Source of the DNA: a virus
Taxonomy: Duplodnaviria > Caudoviricetes
Virus record (IMG/VR): IMGVR_UViG_642918914_000001
Span: 1 to 64,000 of that record
Direction: 5' to 3' (one strand)
DNA: 64,000 nt
Below, in pieces: positions 18,710 to 27,453 of this stretch. The notes below the pieces were generated by a model. The model worked only from the letters and a program-made list of their open reading frames with translations, made no database searches and had not been told where the DNA came from. The translations under genes and the position numbers were made by a program. The stretch's first letter is position 1; the number at the start of each line of letters is the position of its first letter.

Positions 18710-20050
18710 ATGACCAAAGTAGACTGGGATTTTCTGAAGTCGCAGCTCGAAAGTATTTTCACGTGCCCTAGCACTGGGTTCGGTACGCCGATCGAGTGGA
18801 CGGGCATCGCACGCCCTGACCGATTCTCGGTGCCTCCGCATCACATGCGTTGGTGGTGCACCGTGGCGCTGAAGGCCATTGTCCGCCAAGTGTGGGACAA
18901 GCCTGATCACTGGGCTGTCGTTCGCGTAGCTGACGGCGAAGTACGTCGGGTGTTGAGCATGCCGCGCACCGTTCTGTGTACCGCACGCCATCTGTACATC
19001 CAGCAGTGGTTGGAAACGCATTACAGTCGCCCCCGTGATCTGTCGCCCATCTCGTACGAGCAGGCATGCGCCGGGGCCAGCACGTTGCTGCAGACTGCGG
19101 ATCGCAAGTCGGACATCGTGTTCACGGACACCATGCTGCTCGGTACCTTTCGCCAGCAACCCTCGGTCGAAGACAGCGAGCTGTACGATCTGCGCTTGGC
19201 GCTGACACCTGCGGTCCTGGAATACGCAGGCCATGCACTGCGCAACTGTCTGCGCGAGGATTATGAGGCCTACTTCAAAGGACGCCACGTGCTGATCCTT
19301 ACGCAGCATCAGTCGTCCACTGTGCTTGGCGTGTCTCACACGCACAAGGATCTGTCGTTGTTCGACGAGGTATCGCTGTCCATGTGCCTGTTCTGGCAGC
19401 GCCCGCGTGGCTGGAAGAATGTACTGTGTCCAATCACCATGCCTGAGCGGCTGGATGTTGTTCTCAATCATCCACTGCCTGCAGGTCCCTGCATGGGTGA
19501 TCGCATTCGATGCATTCAGTACTTCGATCTGCGTAAGTCGACCGAAGTAATGGTCGTGCAGAGCCGAAGGCGTCGTGCAGTCCGGCGTCTGGCGCCCCTC
19601 CTTCAGGGCCTTGATTCGGCCACTGACCTAATCTGCGGACAGCCTACCGTTCTGCCCGAATTGCAGTCGCAATCACGGATCCATCGTCAAGGTGCGCGTG
19701 AACCGCTGGTCGTCAACTACGTGTATCCGCACCAACAGCAGGTGGTGGCTTCTATAAGTCAGCGGTCCGGCGGCATTCCCAGCGGTGAAATGTTGGTCAC
19801 GGGGTCCCGCGTGGGTCGCACCGTTCTGTCCATGACTGAGGAACAACGACGTCGCGTCCTTGGCCTATCAGTTGACCGCTCTCCGATGGAGGCGCGTTTG
19901 CCCGCACCTAACCCGACGCCGGATCAGGATCTTGTGCAGGACATACACCAGACGGTCGCGCGCTGGAATCACTTGCGCGACTACACGATTCTAATGATGG
20001 ACGAGGCACCTCGGCCGCGTCGTCCCCGAACCAACAACTCTCAATCATGA
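18710..20050 (+). CDS. Hypothetical protein
   Basis: 446-aa ORF in the gene run. Confidence 0.7.
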   Translation: MTKVDWDFLKSQLESIFTCPSTGFGTPIEWTGIARPDRFSVPPHHMRWWCTVALKAIVRQVWDKPDHWAVVRVADGEVRRVLSMPRTVLCTARHLYIQQWLETHYSRPRDLSPISYEQACAGASTLLQTADRKSDIVFTDTMLLGTFRQQPSVEDSELYDLRLALTPAVLEYAGHALRNCLREDYEAYFKGRHVLILTQHQSSTVLGVSHTHKDLSLFDEVSLSMCLFWQRPRGWKNVLCPITMPERLDVVLNHPLPAGPCMGDRIRCIQYFDLRKSTEVMVVQSRRRRAVRRLAPLLQGLDSATDLICGQPTVLPELQSQSRIHRQGAREPLVVNYVYPHQQQVVASISQRSGGIPSGEMLVTGSRVGRTVLSMTEEQRRRVLGLSVDRSPMEARLPAPNPTPDQDLVQDIHQTVARWNHLRDYTILMMDEAPRPRRPRTNNSQS

Positions 20051-20199
20051 AATACGTGATGATCGTCGTTGTGACTCCGTTCTTCACCTGGACCAGCGCA
20101 TGGAACGCAAGCGTGAACGCGGTGGCCCTGGAATGCGCGAGTACCGGCCAAGTTCCACACCAAAACCACTGTCTACCATTGCGATAAGGGAGAACCCCT

Positions 20200-20514
20200 G
20201 TGAATGAATTCAACCATCTGCTAGTCCAAGATCGTGAAGGCGTCTGGGCTATGGTCGTCAACGCCAAGCCTTTCCGTATCGGAAAAGGCTACAGCAATTT
20301 CGCTCCTACGCTGCTCGCAGAAGCACTTAGAGTCAAGAACCTGACCACGGGTGCAGTCATCAAGGATCGCACGCCGGAGAAACCTTGGCCCGATCCCTTT
20401 TCTGTACCCGTTGCATCCCCTGTGATGGTGCCGAAATTTCCCATGTTCAGCTCGCGCATTGGATACGAGGCCGATAACGGATTTGGTTTGGGTACTGGGA
20501 AGCTCTACCGATGA
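20200..20514 (+). CDS. Hypothetical protein
   Basis: GGGAG RBS, GTG start. Confidence 0.55.
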   Translation: MNEFNHLLVQDREGVWAMVVNAKPFRIGKGYSNFAPTLLAEALRVKNLTTGAVIKDRTPEKPWPDPFSVPVASPVMVPKFPMFSSRIGYEADNGFGLGTGKLYR

Positions 20515-20861
20515 ACTACAAACTGTTTCTTGACGATGAGCGGCACCCAGCAGAAGACGGCTGGGTGGTCGCGCGCTCTTCCAAGGAAGCAATCGAGATC
20601 GTAACTCAGCGTGGCATGCCGCAAGAGCTGGCGCTGGACCACGATCTTGGCTTCAAGGTGTGGGGCATCTCGGGCTTCGGCCAGAGTACTGAGTACGACA
20701 CCAGTCGAACGTTTGTTCGCTGGCTGATCGATGAATTGGACGCAGGCCGGCTGAAGTTGCCTGCCGACTTCAAGTACTCGGTCCATTCGCAAAATCCCGT
20801 CGGTAGTCGGTGGCTGCTTCTCACTATGGCCGACATCGTTTTTCAATTCCAACCAGTCTAA
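20511..20861 (+). CDS. Cyclic-phosphate-processing receiver-domain protein
   Basis: KLFLDDERHP...WVVARS...LALDHDLG...VHSQNPVG motifs. Confidence 0.8.
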   Translation: MNYKLFLDDERHPAEDGWVVARSSKEAIEIVTQRGMPQELALDHDLGFKVWGISGFGQSTEYDTSRTFVRWLIDELDAGRLKLPADFKYSVHSQNPVGSRWLLLTMADIVFQFQPV

Positions 20862-20863
20862 CC

Positions 20864-21676
20864 ATGTCCACTCTCGAATACGCCAAGCATCTTGCGTTGG
20901 AGCACGCACCCGACGCCTATAACTTCATGATGCTCCAGGCTCAGCACATGAATCCCTATCACAACAGCGACCACTGTCTGTTGGTCGGCTATCATGCGTG
21001 GGCTGCCGCTTCTTACGATCATGCGTCGTACGCGCTGCGCAAGATGGCGCTAGTCGCTGGTCTGCTGCACGACATTGGGCACAGCGGCGGGCAGCACGCA
21101 GACGTTTCGAACGTGGGCTATGCGCTGGAACGTATCAGCAAGGAACTGCGAAGTGAGCGTGGCTCCACCCTCGTCCTGTCCAACTATCAGAACGTGGTGA
21201 AGGAAGCCATCCGTTGCACGATGTATGACGCAGTTCAGAAGAAGTTTCCGGTAGAGCCGTCCCACGACCTCGGCCGTTGGTTGCGCGATGCGGACCTGTG
21301 CATGATCTACACGCCGGAAGGGCGTCGGCTGCTTGATGGGCTGGCGCTAGAGGTCACGCCTGCTGATCGCCATCCACTTCAGTGGACGGCACACATGGCC
21401 GGCGAATGGGTTGCGCAGAACGAGGTGTTCTTGCTCCGTCAGACGATGTTCTCTCCTTATGGCAAGGACCTACGCAACGACCACATCAGCGCAGCCACCC
21501 GTGCCTATCTGTACGAAAGCGCAGATCGCGTGGCTCGCGAGTGGAATCAGCCTGTGGCTTCGGTGCGTGTGGACCTGTTCCAGGCGTTCGCCACCAAGAA
21601 GGAAGCCATGAGCGCGGAATGGCGTGCGGCACTCAACGCAGCAACCTCATTCGGGGATCAGAATGATCAAGCGTGA
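20864..21676 (+). CDS. HD-domain phosphohydrolase
   Basis: PYHNSDH...GLLHDIGH...LRDADL. Confidence 0.8.
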   Translation: MSTLEYAKHLALEHAPDAYNFMMLQAQHMNPYHNSDHCLLVGYHAWAAASYDHASYALRKMALVAGLLHDIGHSGGQHADVSNVGYALERISKELRSERGSTLVLSNYQNVVKEAIRCTMYDAVQKKFPVEPSHDLGRWLRDADLCMIYTPEGRRLLDGLALEVTPADRHPLQWTAHMAGEWVAQNEVFLLRQTMFSPYGKDLRNDHISAATRAYLYESADRVAREWNQPVASVRVDLFQAFATKKEAMSAEWRAALNAATSFGDQNDQA

Positions 21677-21956
21677 CATCTACTGCGACCACTGCAAGGC
21701 GTTGATTGGCGAAGATCGCGGGCAGGGATTTGCCGACAATCCCACCGAACACTTCAAGATGGAACTGACGGCTAAGGATCAGCAGGCGCTCGCGCAGATA
21801 CCGGGAGTCGAGCTCAGTATCTCCCATCAGACAGGACGTAGTGGTCGTAGATTCGGCAGCATGTGGGCCACTGCCGACTTCTGCAGCATGAAGTGCATGC
21901 GCGCTCATCTGCAACGCGCTTTCCCCGGCTTGTTCACTATGGAGGTGGTCAAATGA
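21663..21956 (+). CDS. Small Zn-finger-like protein
   Basis: YCDHCK...DFCSMKC. Confidence 0.6.
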   Translation: MIKRDIYCDHCKALIGEDRGQGFADNPTEHFKMELTAKDQQALAQIPGVELSISHQTGRSGRRFGSMWATADFCSMKCMRAHLQRAFPGLFTMEVVK

Positions 21957-22441
21957 CCAGTCGCACATTCGACATCAGATGCAATGGGTGCAGGAAGTAT
22001 CTGTATAGCCTCGGCTATCATGAGCAGTTCACGCAAGAGCACGCCGACGCGCAGTGTGACACTTGCCGCAGGAAGCAGGGCGTGGTCTCGGACGTCGCTC
22101 GTCGCTTGGAGGCTGCGCGAACCGAAGCCACGCAAGCCACCGTCCTCAAGAAGGAGGAAGCGTGGCGCCTGATTTTGGATTGGGCACAGGCTGTGAACAG
22201 AGCGGTGGCCTCGGACGACTACGTGGTCAGGTATCATGACCTCGTCCTGACCGTGCCGCTCACCATAACGGAGCAGCGCGAGATCTTCTTCGAGCTCCTG
22301 AACGAAGACGACAGTACGTCGATCACGTACGTCGTCTACAATCACGCTGAGTGGGAGCCGGGTACCAGTCTCGAAGCCATGCGCAGCGAATGGTTCAACG
22401 ACTTCAAGCTGTTCCAGTCCGGAGACTGGAACGCAGTCTGA
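21953..22441 (+). CDS. Hypothetical protein with CxxC pairs
   Basis: GGAGG RBS. Confidence 0.6.
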   Translation: MTSRTFDIRCNGCRKYLYSLGYHEQFTQEHADAQCDTCRRKQGVVSDVARRLEAARTEATQATVLKKEEAWRLILDWAQAVNRAVASDDYVVRYHDLVLTVPLTITEQREIFFELLNEDDSTSITYVVYNHAEWEPGTSLEAMRSEWFNDFKLFQSGDWNAV

Positions 22442-22464
22442 GTGTCTCAGATTAAGGATTTCAC

Positions 22465-22665
22465 ATGAAACTTATATCCATCCTCATCATTCTGGGCCTT
22501 TACGCGCTCTTCGTGTTCGGCGTCTGGCATTTGTGGCGCTGGGTTCTGCCGCAGATCTGGCCGACTGGTCCGGCAGGCTTCATCCAGCCGGGGTTCTGGC
22601 TGTTCTTCGCAGGCTGGTTCCTGCTCACGCTGCTGCGTCGTGCCGCTTTTGGAGGTGGCAAATGA
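22465..22665 (+). CDS. Small membrane protein
   Basis: Two hydrophobic helices; AAGGA RBS. Confidence 0.65.
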   Translation: MKLISILIILGLYALFVFGVWHLWRWVLPQIWPTGPAGFIQPGFWLFFAGWFLLTLLRRAAFGGGK

Positions 22666-23072
22666 GCCTCAAGTCGAAGGCCCGAGCGCAGAAGCAGCGC
22701 GAGAGCGTTGCTCGCCAGAAGCAACTGGACAAGGAAGCTACTGAGCGCCGCTGGCAGGAGCTGCTGAAACAGCAAGGCGGCTTCACCCGACCGGGCACCA
22801 CACCCAAGGTCACAACCAAGCCTCGTCAGCGTATCGAGACGCGCAGCTTCCCGTTCCAGCCAGCGACCTACGTACCGCACGGCGAACAGCAAGCCAAGAA
22901 ACCGGTCTACGATGAGGCCATGCAGGAGCGGAACAAGGCAGCGATCGAGGACTACAACCAACGTATTCGCCCGCGCATTGGTCAGGTGTATCCAAAGGGC
23001 AGTGACCAGCAATATCTAACGGACAGCGATCTGCAAGACATGCAGAAGGGCTTGCTTCGTCGTCGGAGTTAA
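22662..23072 (+). CDS. Hypothetical protein
   Basis: GGAGG RBS. Confidence 0.65.
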   Translation: MSLKSKARAQKQRESVARQKQLDKEATERRWQELLKQQGGFTRPGTTPKVTTKPRQRIETRSFPFQPATYVPHGEQQAKKPVYDEAMQERNKAAIEDYNQRIRPRIGQVYPKGSDQQYLTDSDLQDMQKGLLRRRS

Positions 23073-23074
23073 GC

Positions 23075-23536
23075 ATGGCACAGCTCACCAAGACCCAATT
23101 GTCGCAGCTTGTTGCTCAGGGACGCTGTGATGAAAGCTTCACGTGGCAGGAAACGCCGACCAGCCCTCTCGTGACCTTCAACGTCACCAAGATGCGTCAG
23201 GCGGCGATCAGCAGTAAAAAGCAGCCAGTGACCATGGAGCTGCCGCCCGACTTCTTGTCGTGGCTGTCCAACAGTCGAGACATCGACATGGACCGAGTGC
23301 AGGACGCCACGCTTGACGTGGAAGACCCTGCACTGGTCGTGGACTACGGCGACAGCATGTTGCTGATCGATGGCGCGCATCGTGCGGTGCGCCGGGTCAC
23401 AGTTCTGCATCTTAACACTCTCGTGGCCTACGTCTTCGCTGAGAGTGAGGCCATCATGGCCGACTCCAAAGAGGACATCGTACTCCACGATTTGTGGGGT
23501 GATTCAAGATTCTTTGATCGACTCCGAGAGGAGTAG
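23075..23536 (+). CDS. ParB/Srx-like domain protein
   Basis: PALVV...LLIDGAHRA motif. Confidence 0.6.
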   Translation: MAQLTKTQLSQLVAQGRCDESFTWQETPTSPLVTFNVTKMRQAAISSKKQPVTMELPPDFLSWLSNSRDIDMDRVQDATLDVEDPALVVDYGDSMLLIDGAHRAVRRVTVLHLNTLVAYVFAESEAIMADSKEDIVLHDLWGDSRFFDRLREE

Positions 23537-23538
23537 TT

Positions 23539-23841
23539 ATGAACATCGACGAGATCTACAGCAGCCCTCCGCTATTCGTCAATGAGGAGGGCGTAAAGTG
23601 GTGGCCTAACGACTACAGCACGCAGTATGCACAGGCTCCGGACAAATTGGGCACGACCTTGCCTAACGTCCGCGTGTACTATGTTGAGATGTCGGATGGA
23701 CAGCGTCGCATGGCGATTGTCGATCACGTGCTGGACCAGGCTGTCTACGACAGTCAGTCGTTGGAGGCTATAGCCGTGTACATTGATGCACTCAAGCAGT
23801 TGCGGCGCGAAGAACAGCGTGCCCAAATCAAAAGAGGTTGA
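23539..23841 (+). CDS. Hypothetical protein
   Basis: GAGGAG RBS. Confidence 0.65.
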   Translation: MNIDEIYSSPPLFVNEEGVKWWPNDYSTQYAQAPDKLGTTLPNVRVYYVEMSDGQRRMAIVDHVLDQAVYDSQSLEAIAVYIDALKQLRREEQRAQIKRG

Positions 23842-23842
23842 C

Positions 23843-24274
23843 ATGAAACGCTCCGCGGTCATACCGCTTGTGTTGTTGGGCACGCTCACTGTTGCAGCGT
23901 GTAGCGATCAAGTGGATGACGATGTAGGACAAGAAGTGAAGCAACAGTCGTACAACTCGCTGGCTGATTGTCAGAAAGACTGGGGCAGTGACGGTCGCAA
24001 TTGCACTGCGGTCGCTCCCAATTCGGTACACAGCACGCCGTTCGTGTACATGGGGCCGCGCTACTACTATGATCGCGGTTATGGTCAGCCGGTGGCCATC
24101 AACAGCGATGGCACCACGCGCATCGTCCCGGGTTCGTTCATGGCGCGCTCCGCTCCCAGCGTGGCGACCACCACGGCCAGCGTTGGACGCACAGCCAGTG
24201 TGGCGTCCATGGGCAGCGTTGCTCGTGGAGGCTTCGGCGCCACGGCTGCCGGTCACGCTTCGGCGGGAGGCTGA
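23843..24274 (+). CDS. ygiB: DUF1190/YgiB-family lipoprotein
   Basis: Lipobox TVAAC, YNSLADC...C, C-terminal VARGGFGATA; adjacent to a YgiC-like gene. Confidence 0.8.
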   Translation: MKRSAVIPLVLLGTLTVAACSDQVDDDVGQEVKQQSYNSLADCQKDWGSDGRNCTAVAPNSVHSTPFVYMGPRYYYDRGYGQPVAINSDGTTRIVPGSFMARSAPSVATTTASVGRTASVASMGSVARGGFGATAAGHASAGG

Positions 24275-24275
24275 T

Positions 24276-25397
24276 ATGCGTCGCATCAAACAAGTGGAGC
24301 GGCCGGATCGTGCCGCGAAGTTGGAAAGCATCGGTCTGTCGTTCCATTCGTGGGATGACTACTGGAACGAGGGCGTGGCCTACGAATTCAGCAGCGCGCA
24401 GATCGACGAGTTGGAACGCGCGACCAACGAGCTGCACGACATGTGCTCCAAGGCGATCGGGCATGTGTTGTGCTACAATAGACTGGGCGAGTTGGGGATC
24501 CCTGAAGCTTTCTGGAAGCCCATCGAGCGTTCGTTCAAGAATTGCGACTGGTCTTTGTACGGTCGGTTCGACTTGGTGTACGACGGCGTGCGTCCTCCCA
24601 AGATGCTGGAGTACAACGCGGACACGCCCACGTCGCTACTCGAATCGGCGGTCGCTCAGTGGTATTGGCTGCAGGACGTGCATCCGCAACGCGATCAGTT
24701 CAACTCGATTCACGAGCGACTGGTTGCGCGTTGGAAGCAGGTGCCATACGTCAGTGCCCAGACCATCCACTTCGCGAGCCTCAAGGACAACGAAGAGGAT
24801 TGGGTATGCACGCACTACCTGATGGACACAGCGGTGCAGGCAGGCTACAAAGTGAAGCACGTGTGGGTGGAAGACCTTGGCTGGCGCGAAGGCAGCAAGT
24901 ATTTCGTGGACTTGGAAGATGCACCTATTCACGTGTTGTTCAAGCTGTATCCGTGGGAATGGATGATGCGGGAAGAGTTTAGTGCGCATCTGCTGGATAC
25001 TCGCACGCACCTGATCGAGCCCATGTGGAAGAGCGTGTTGTCCAACAAGGGGCTGCTCGCTATTCTGTGGGAGCTGTATCCGGACCACCCGAACCTGCTG
25101 CCTGCATACCTTGGCGACCCGCGCACGCTCACATCTTACGCTAAGAAGCCGCTGTTCTCGCGCGAAGGTGCGAACATCGAACTGTGGGACAACGATCGCG
25201 TGGTGGCCGCTGACCGCGGTCCGTACGGTGCGGAAGGCCACGTCTATCAGCAGTTGGCGCCGTTGCCCAACTTCGATGGGAACTATCCAGTCATCGGTTC
25301 GTGGATAGTGGGCAGCGAGGCTGCTGGCATCTGTGTGCGCGAAGACAACCAGTTGATCACCACGAACCTCAGTCATTTCGTACCTCACTATTTCTGA
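24276..25397 (+). CDS. ygiC: Glutathionylspermidine synthase-family ATP-grasp ligase (YgiC-like)
   Basis: YW-E, LYGRFD, MLEYNADTPTSLLES, FKLYPWEWM, SNKGLL, KPLFSREGAN. Confidence 0.92.
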   Translation: MRRIKQVERPDRAAKLESIGLSFHSWDDYWNEGVAYEFSSAQIDELERATNELHDMCSKAIGHVLCYNRLGELGIPEAFWKPIERSFKNCDWSLYGRFDLVYDGVRPPKMLEYNADTPTSLLESAVAQWYWLQDVHPQRDQFNSIHERLVARWKQVPYVSAQTIHFASLKDNEEDWVCTHYLMDTAVQAGYKVKHVWVEDLGWREGSKYFVDLEDAPIHVLFKLYPWEWMMREEFSAHLLDTRTHLIEPMWKSVLSNKGLLAILWELYPDHPNLLPAYLGDPRTLTSYAKKPLFSREGANIELWDNDRVVAADRGPYGAEGHVYQQLAPLPNFDGNYPVIGSWIVGSEAAGICVREDNQLITTNLSHFVPHYF

Positions 25398-25399
25398 TC

Positions 25400-25900
25400 A
25401 TGGCAACCTCTACCTTCACCAAAATCAAGAAGAAAGCAGTGAAAACGCCTGCTCAAAACGTGGACCAGAGCCGGCGACTTTTGCACCTCATGCATCGGTA
25501 CAAGATGTTAGAGCAGGAGCTGTGCACGATGCTGGATTCGCCTATCGAATTGGAGCTGGAGCTTGTCGTGAACAAGCAGGACGAGTGGTGCACTACTCAC
25601 GGCGCGGATATGAGTGGTGACCTCGATCCGAGTTGGAAGGTGGTGGGCTTCCGCCTCACCTACCCCGATCCAACTTACGACAAGCGAGAGCCGGGTAACT
25701 TGCCTTATGCCAAGACCTCCACTCTCATCAACGCATCCAGTCAGGATTCGTTGTTTGAGGCAGTAGAGGCCGATCTGCGTATTCTGCAGAATCTGGGCGT
25801 GCAAGCCAAAAGCGAACGCCGCGAGAAGGAGCGCCTGCTCAAGAAGTTGAAGTCCTCGTTTAAGGAAGACGAGCTCAAGACCATGGGAATCCGCGTATGA
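25400..25900 (+). CDS. Hypothetical protein
   Basis: In the gene run. Confidence 0.65.
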   Translation: MATSTFTKIKKKAVKTPAQNVDQSRRLLHLMHRYKMLEQELCTMLDSPIELELELVVNKQDEWCTTHGADMSGDLDPSWKVVGFRLTYPDPTYDKREPGNLPYAKTSTLINASSQDSLFEAVEADLRILQNLGVQAKSERREKERLLKKLKSSFKEDELKTMGIRV

Positions 25901-26433
25901 AAGTCATTCTGTTTGACACCAATCCACAGGTGGTCGCCGCCTGGAAGCTGGCCTTTGCAGGATTCTCCGAGGTGGAGATCGTTCAGAAAGATGTTCGATC
26001 GGTGGAGTGTGATGCCGTCGTTTCGCCAGCCAATTCGTTCGGCATCATGACGGGTGGCATCGATCTAGTGTACCGAGAGATGTTCGGCCGTCAGGTTGAG
26101 GACGCGGCGATCGAGCGCGCAGTTCAGCACGATGGTTGCGCGATGCCGGTGGGTAAGGCCGCGGTCATCGTCACGAATCATGAGCGCATTCCATACATGG
26201 TGATGGCGCCGACCATGCCCAATCATCGGACGCCGGTTCCCTTCACTGACAACGCATATCGTGCGTTCAGGGCGGCGCTCATTGCTGCACGGTACTATCG
26301 GCCTAAGGGACAGGCTCTCATCCAGACGCTGGCGTGTCCTGGCCTGTGTACGGCCAGCGGCGGCATGTATCCAACGGTCGCCGCCTTTCAGATGGCACGT
26401 GCCTATAAGGAGGAAGTAGATGGTCGATTCTAA
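25897..26433 (+). CDS. Macrodomain (ADP-ribose processing) protein
   Basis: DAVVSPANSFGIMTGGID...APTM...CPGLCTASG. Confidence 0.88.
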   Translation: MKVILFDTNPQVVAAWKLAFAGFSEVEIVQKDVRSVECDAVVSPANSFGIMTGGIDLVYREMFGRQVEDAAIERAVQHDGCAMPVGKAAVIVTNHERIPYMVMAPTMPNHRTPVPFTDNAYRAFRAALIAARYYRPKGQALIQTLACPGLCTASGGMYPTVAAFQMARAYKEEVDGRF

Positions 26434-26863
26434 CCTGATCCAAACGCTGGGCAATCCGTTCCCAGCCACCGCTTGGGATCCTGGGCACCCCGACACGTAT
26501 CTGTTCTACGAGGGTCCGCTGCTTTGGCGTCACACCCTGCCTGATGGGCGGACGGGCTTCGTGCACTGGGCGGATCGTGTGAAGAAGCCGCGCACCGTGG
26601 CCGCAGACAGCGCTTCGGACATGGAGGAGTACGATCAGTACAACTTCTACATGTTCCAAGATCGTCGCGAGTTTGAAGAGCTTCTGACACAGGCGCGACT
26701 GGGTCGACCGCTAATCCAAATCTTCGCCAAGTGCCTTGCGGTCTACCAGTTCCTTACGCTGTCCAATGACACTACGGTGCGTTCGGTCAAGCTGCTGGAG
26801 TTCCCCGAGGTGGATCCGGCGACGCTGCCCGCGCCTGACGCCAACATCAAGGAGGAGTCATGA
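26420..26863 (+). CDS. Hypothetical protein
   Basis: AGGAGG RBS. Confidence 0.65.
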   Translation: MVDSNLIQTLGNPFPATAWDPGHPDTYLFYEGPLLWRHTLPDGRTGFVHWADRVKKPRTVAADSASDMEEYDQYNFYMFQDRREFEELLTQARLGRPLIQIFAKCLAVYQFLTLSNDTTVRSVKLLEFPEVDPATLPAPDANIKEES

Positions 26864-27426
26864 TCAAGTGGCTCAAATCGCTGTTCAATCGTGGCAAGAA
26901 GGCCCCGGCCCCGCCACCGCAGCCCGAAGTTCGCCCCTACTACAACAGCGTGGACTGGTTGAACGACCTGAGCGAAGCGTTCTCGAAGCAGCAAGCACGT
27001 GAACAGTCGCCAACCGGTCGCATTGTGTCAAGCGCGCCGAACACGCAGCGAGTTGGTCCGCGCACTGAAGAAGCTGCTCGCATCCGTCGTTCATTTGTGC
27101 CGAGTCCAGTCCCTGCCTCAAGCGAGTCGGAGACCATCGCGCAGGACGCCGCCTACTACGCAGCTACCGGGTTTCGCTGGCCGTTCACGACCATGCCAGT
27201 AAATGAAGGTGGAGGCACCTTCCATGGGTCCGGCGCCAGTAGTTACGATGTTCCGAGTGCCGCACCTGCTCCCGAGCAGTGTACGAGAGACGATGTGTCA
27301 CGGTACACGGACTACAGCAGTCCGTCGCCGAGCCCGAGTCCCTCGTGCGACAGCAGTTCCAGTAGTTCCAGTAGTTCCAGTAGTTCATACGATTCACCTC
27401 CTAGCAGCACTGATACGTCTTGGTAA
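26860..27426 (+). CDS. Hypothetical protein with Ser-rich tail
   Basis: GGGGTFHGSGAS and a poly-Ser tract encoded by 9-bp repeats (AGTTCCAGT x3, 27355-27386). Confidence 0.65.
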   Translation: MIKWLKSLFNRGKKAPAPPPQPEVRPYYNSVDWLNDLSEAFSKQQAREQSPTGRIVSSAPNTQRVGPRTEEAARIRRSFVPSPVPASSESETIAQDAAYYAATGFRWPFTTMPVNEGGGTFHGSGASSYDVPSAAPAPEQCTRDDVSRYTDYSSPSPSPSPSCDSSSSSSSSSSSSYDSPPSSTDTSW

Positions 27427-27453
27427 CGACACCAACCTAACCACATAATAATC

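Noticed and set aside
18710-20050. Helicase/ATPase call from GSRVGRT and ILMMDE near the C-terminus
   Set aside because: The Walker A Lys is missing and the domain is too short; left as hypothetical.
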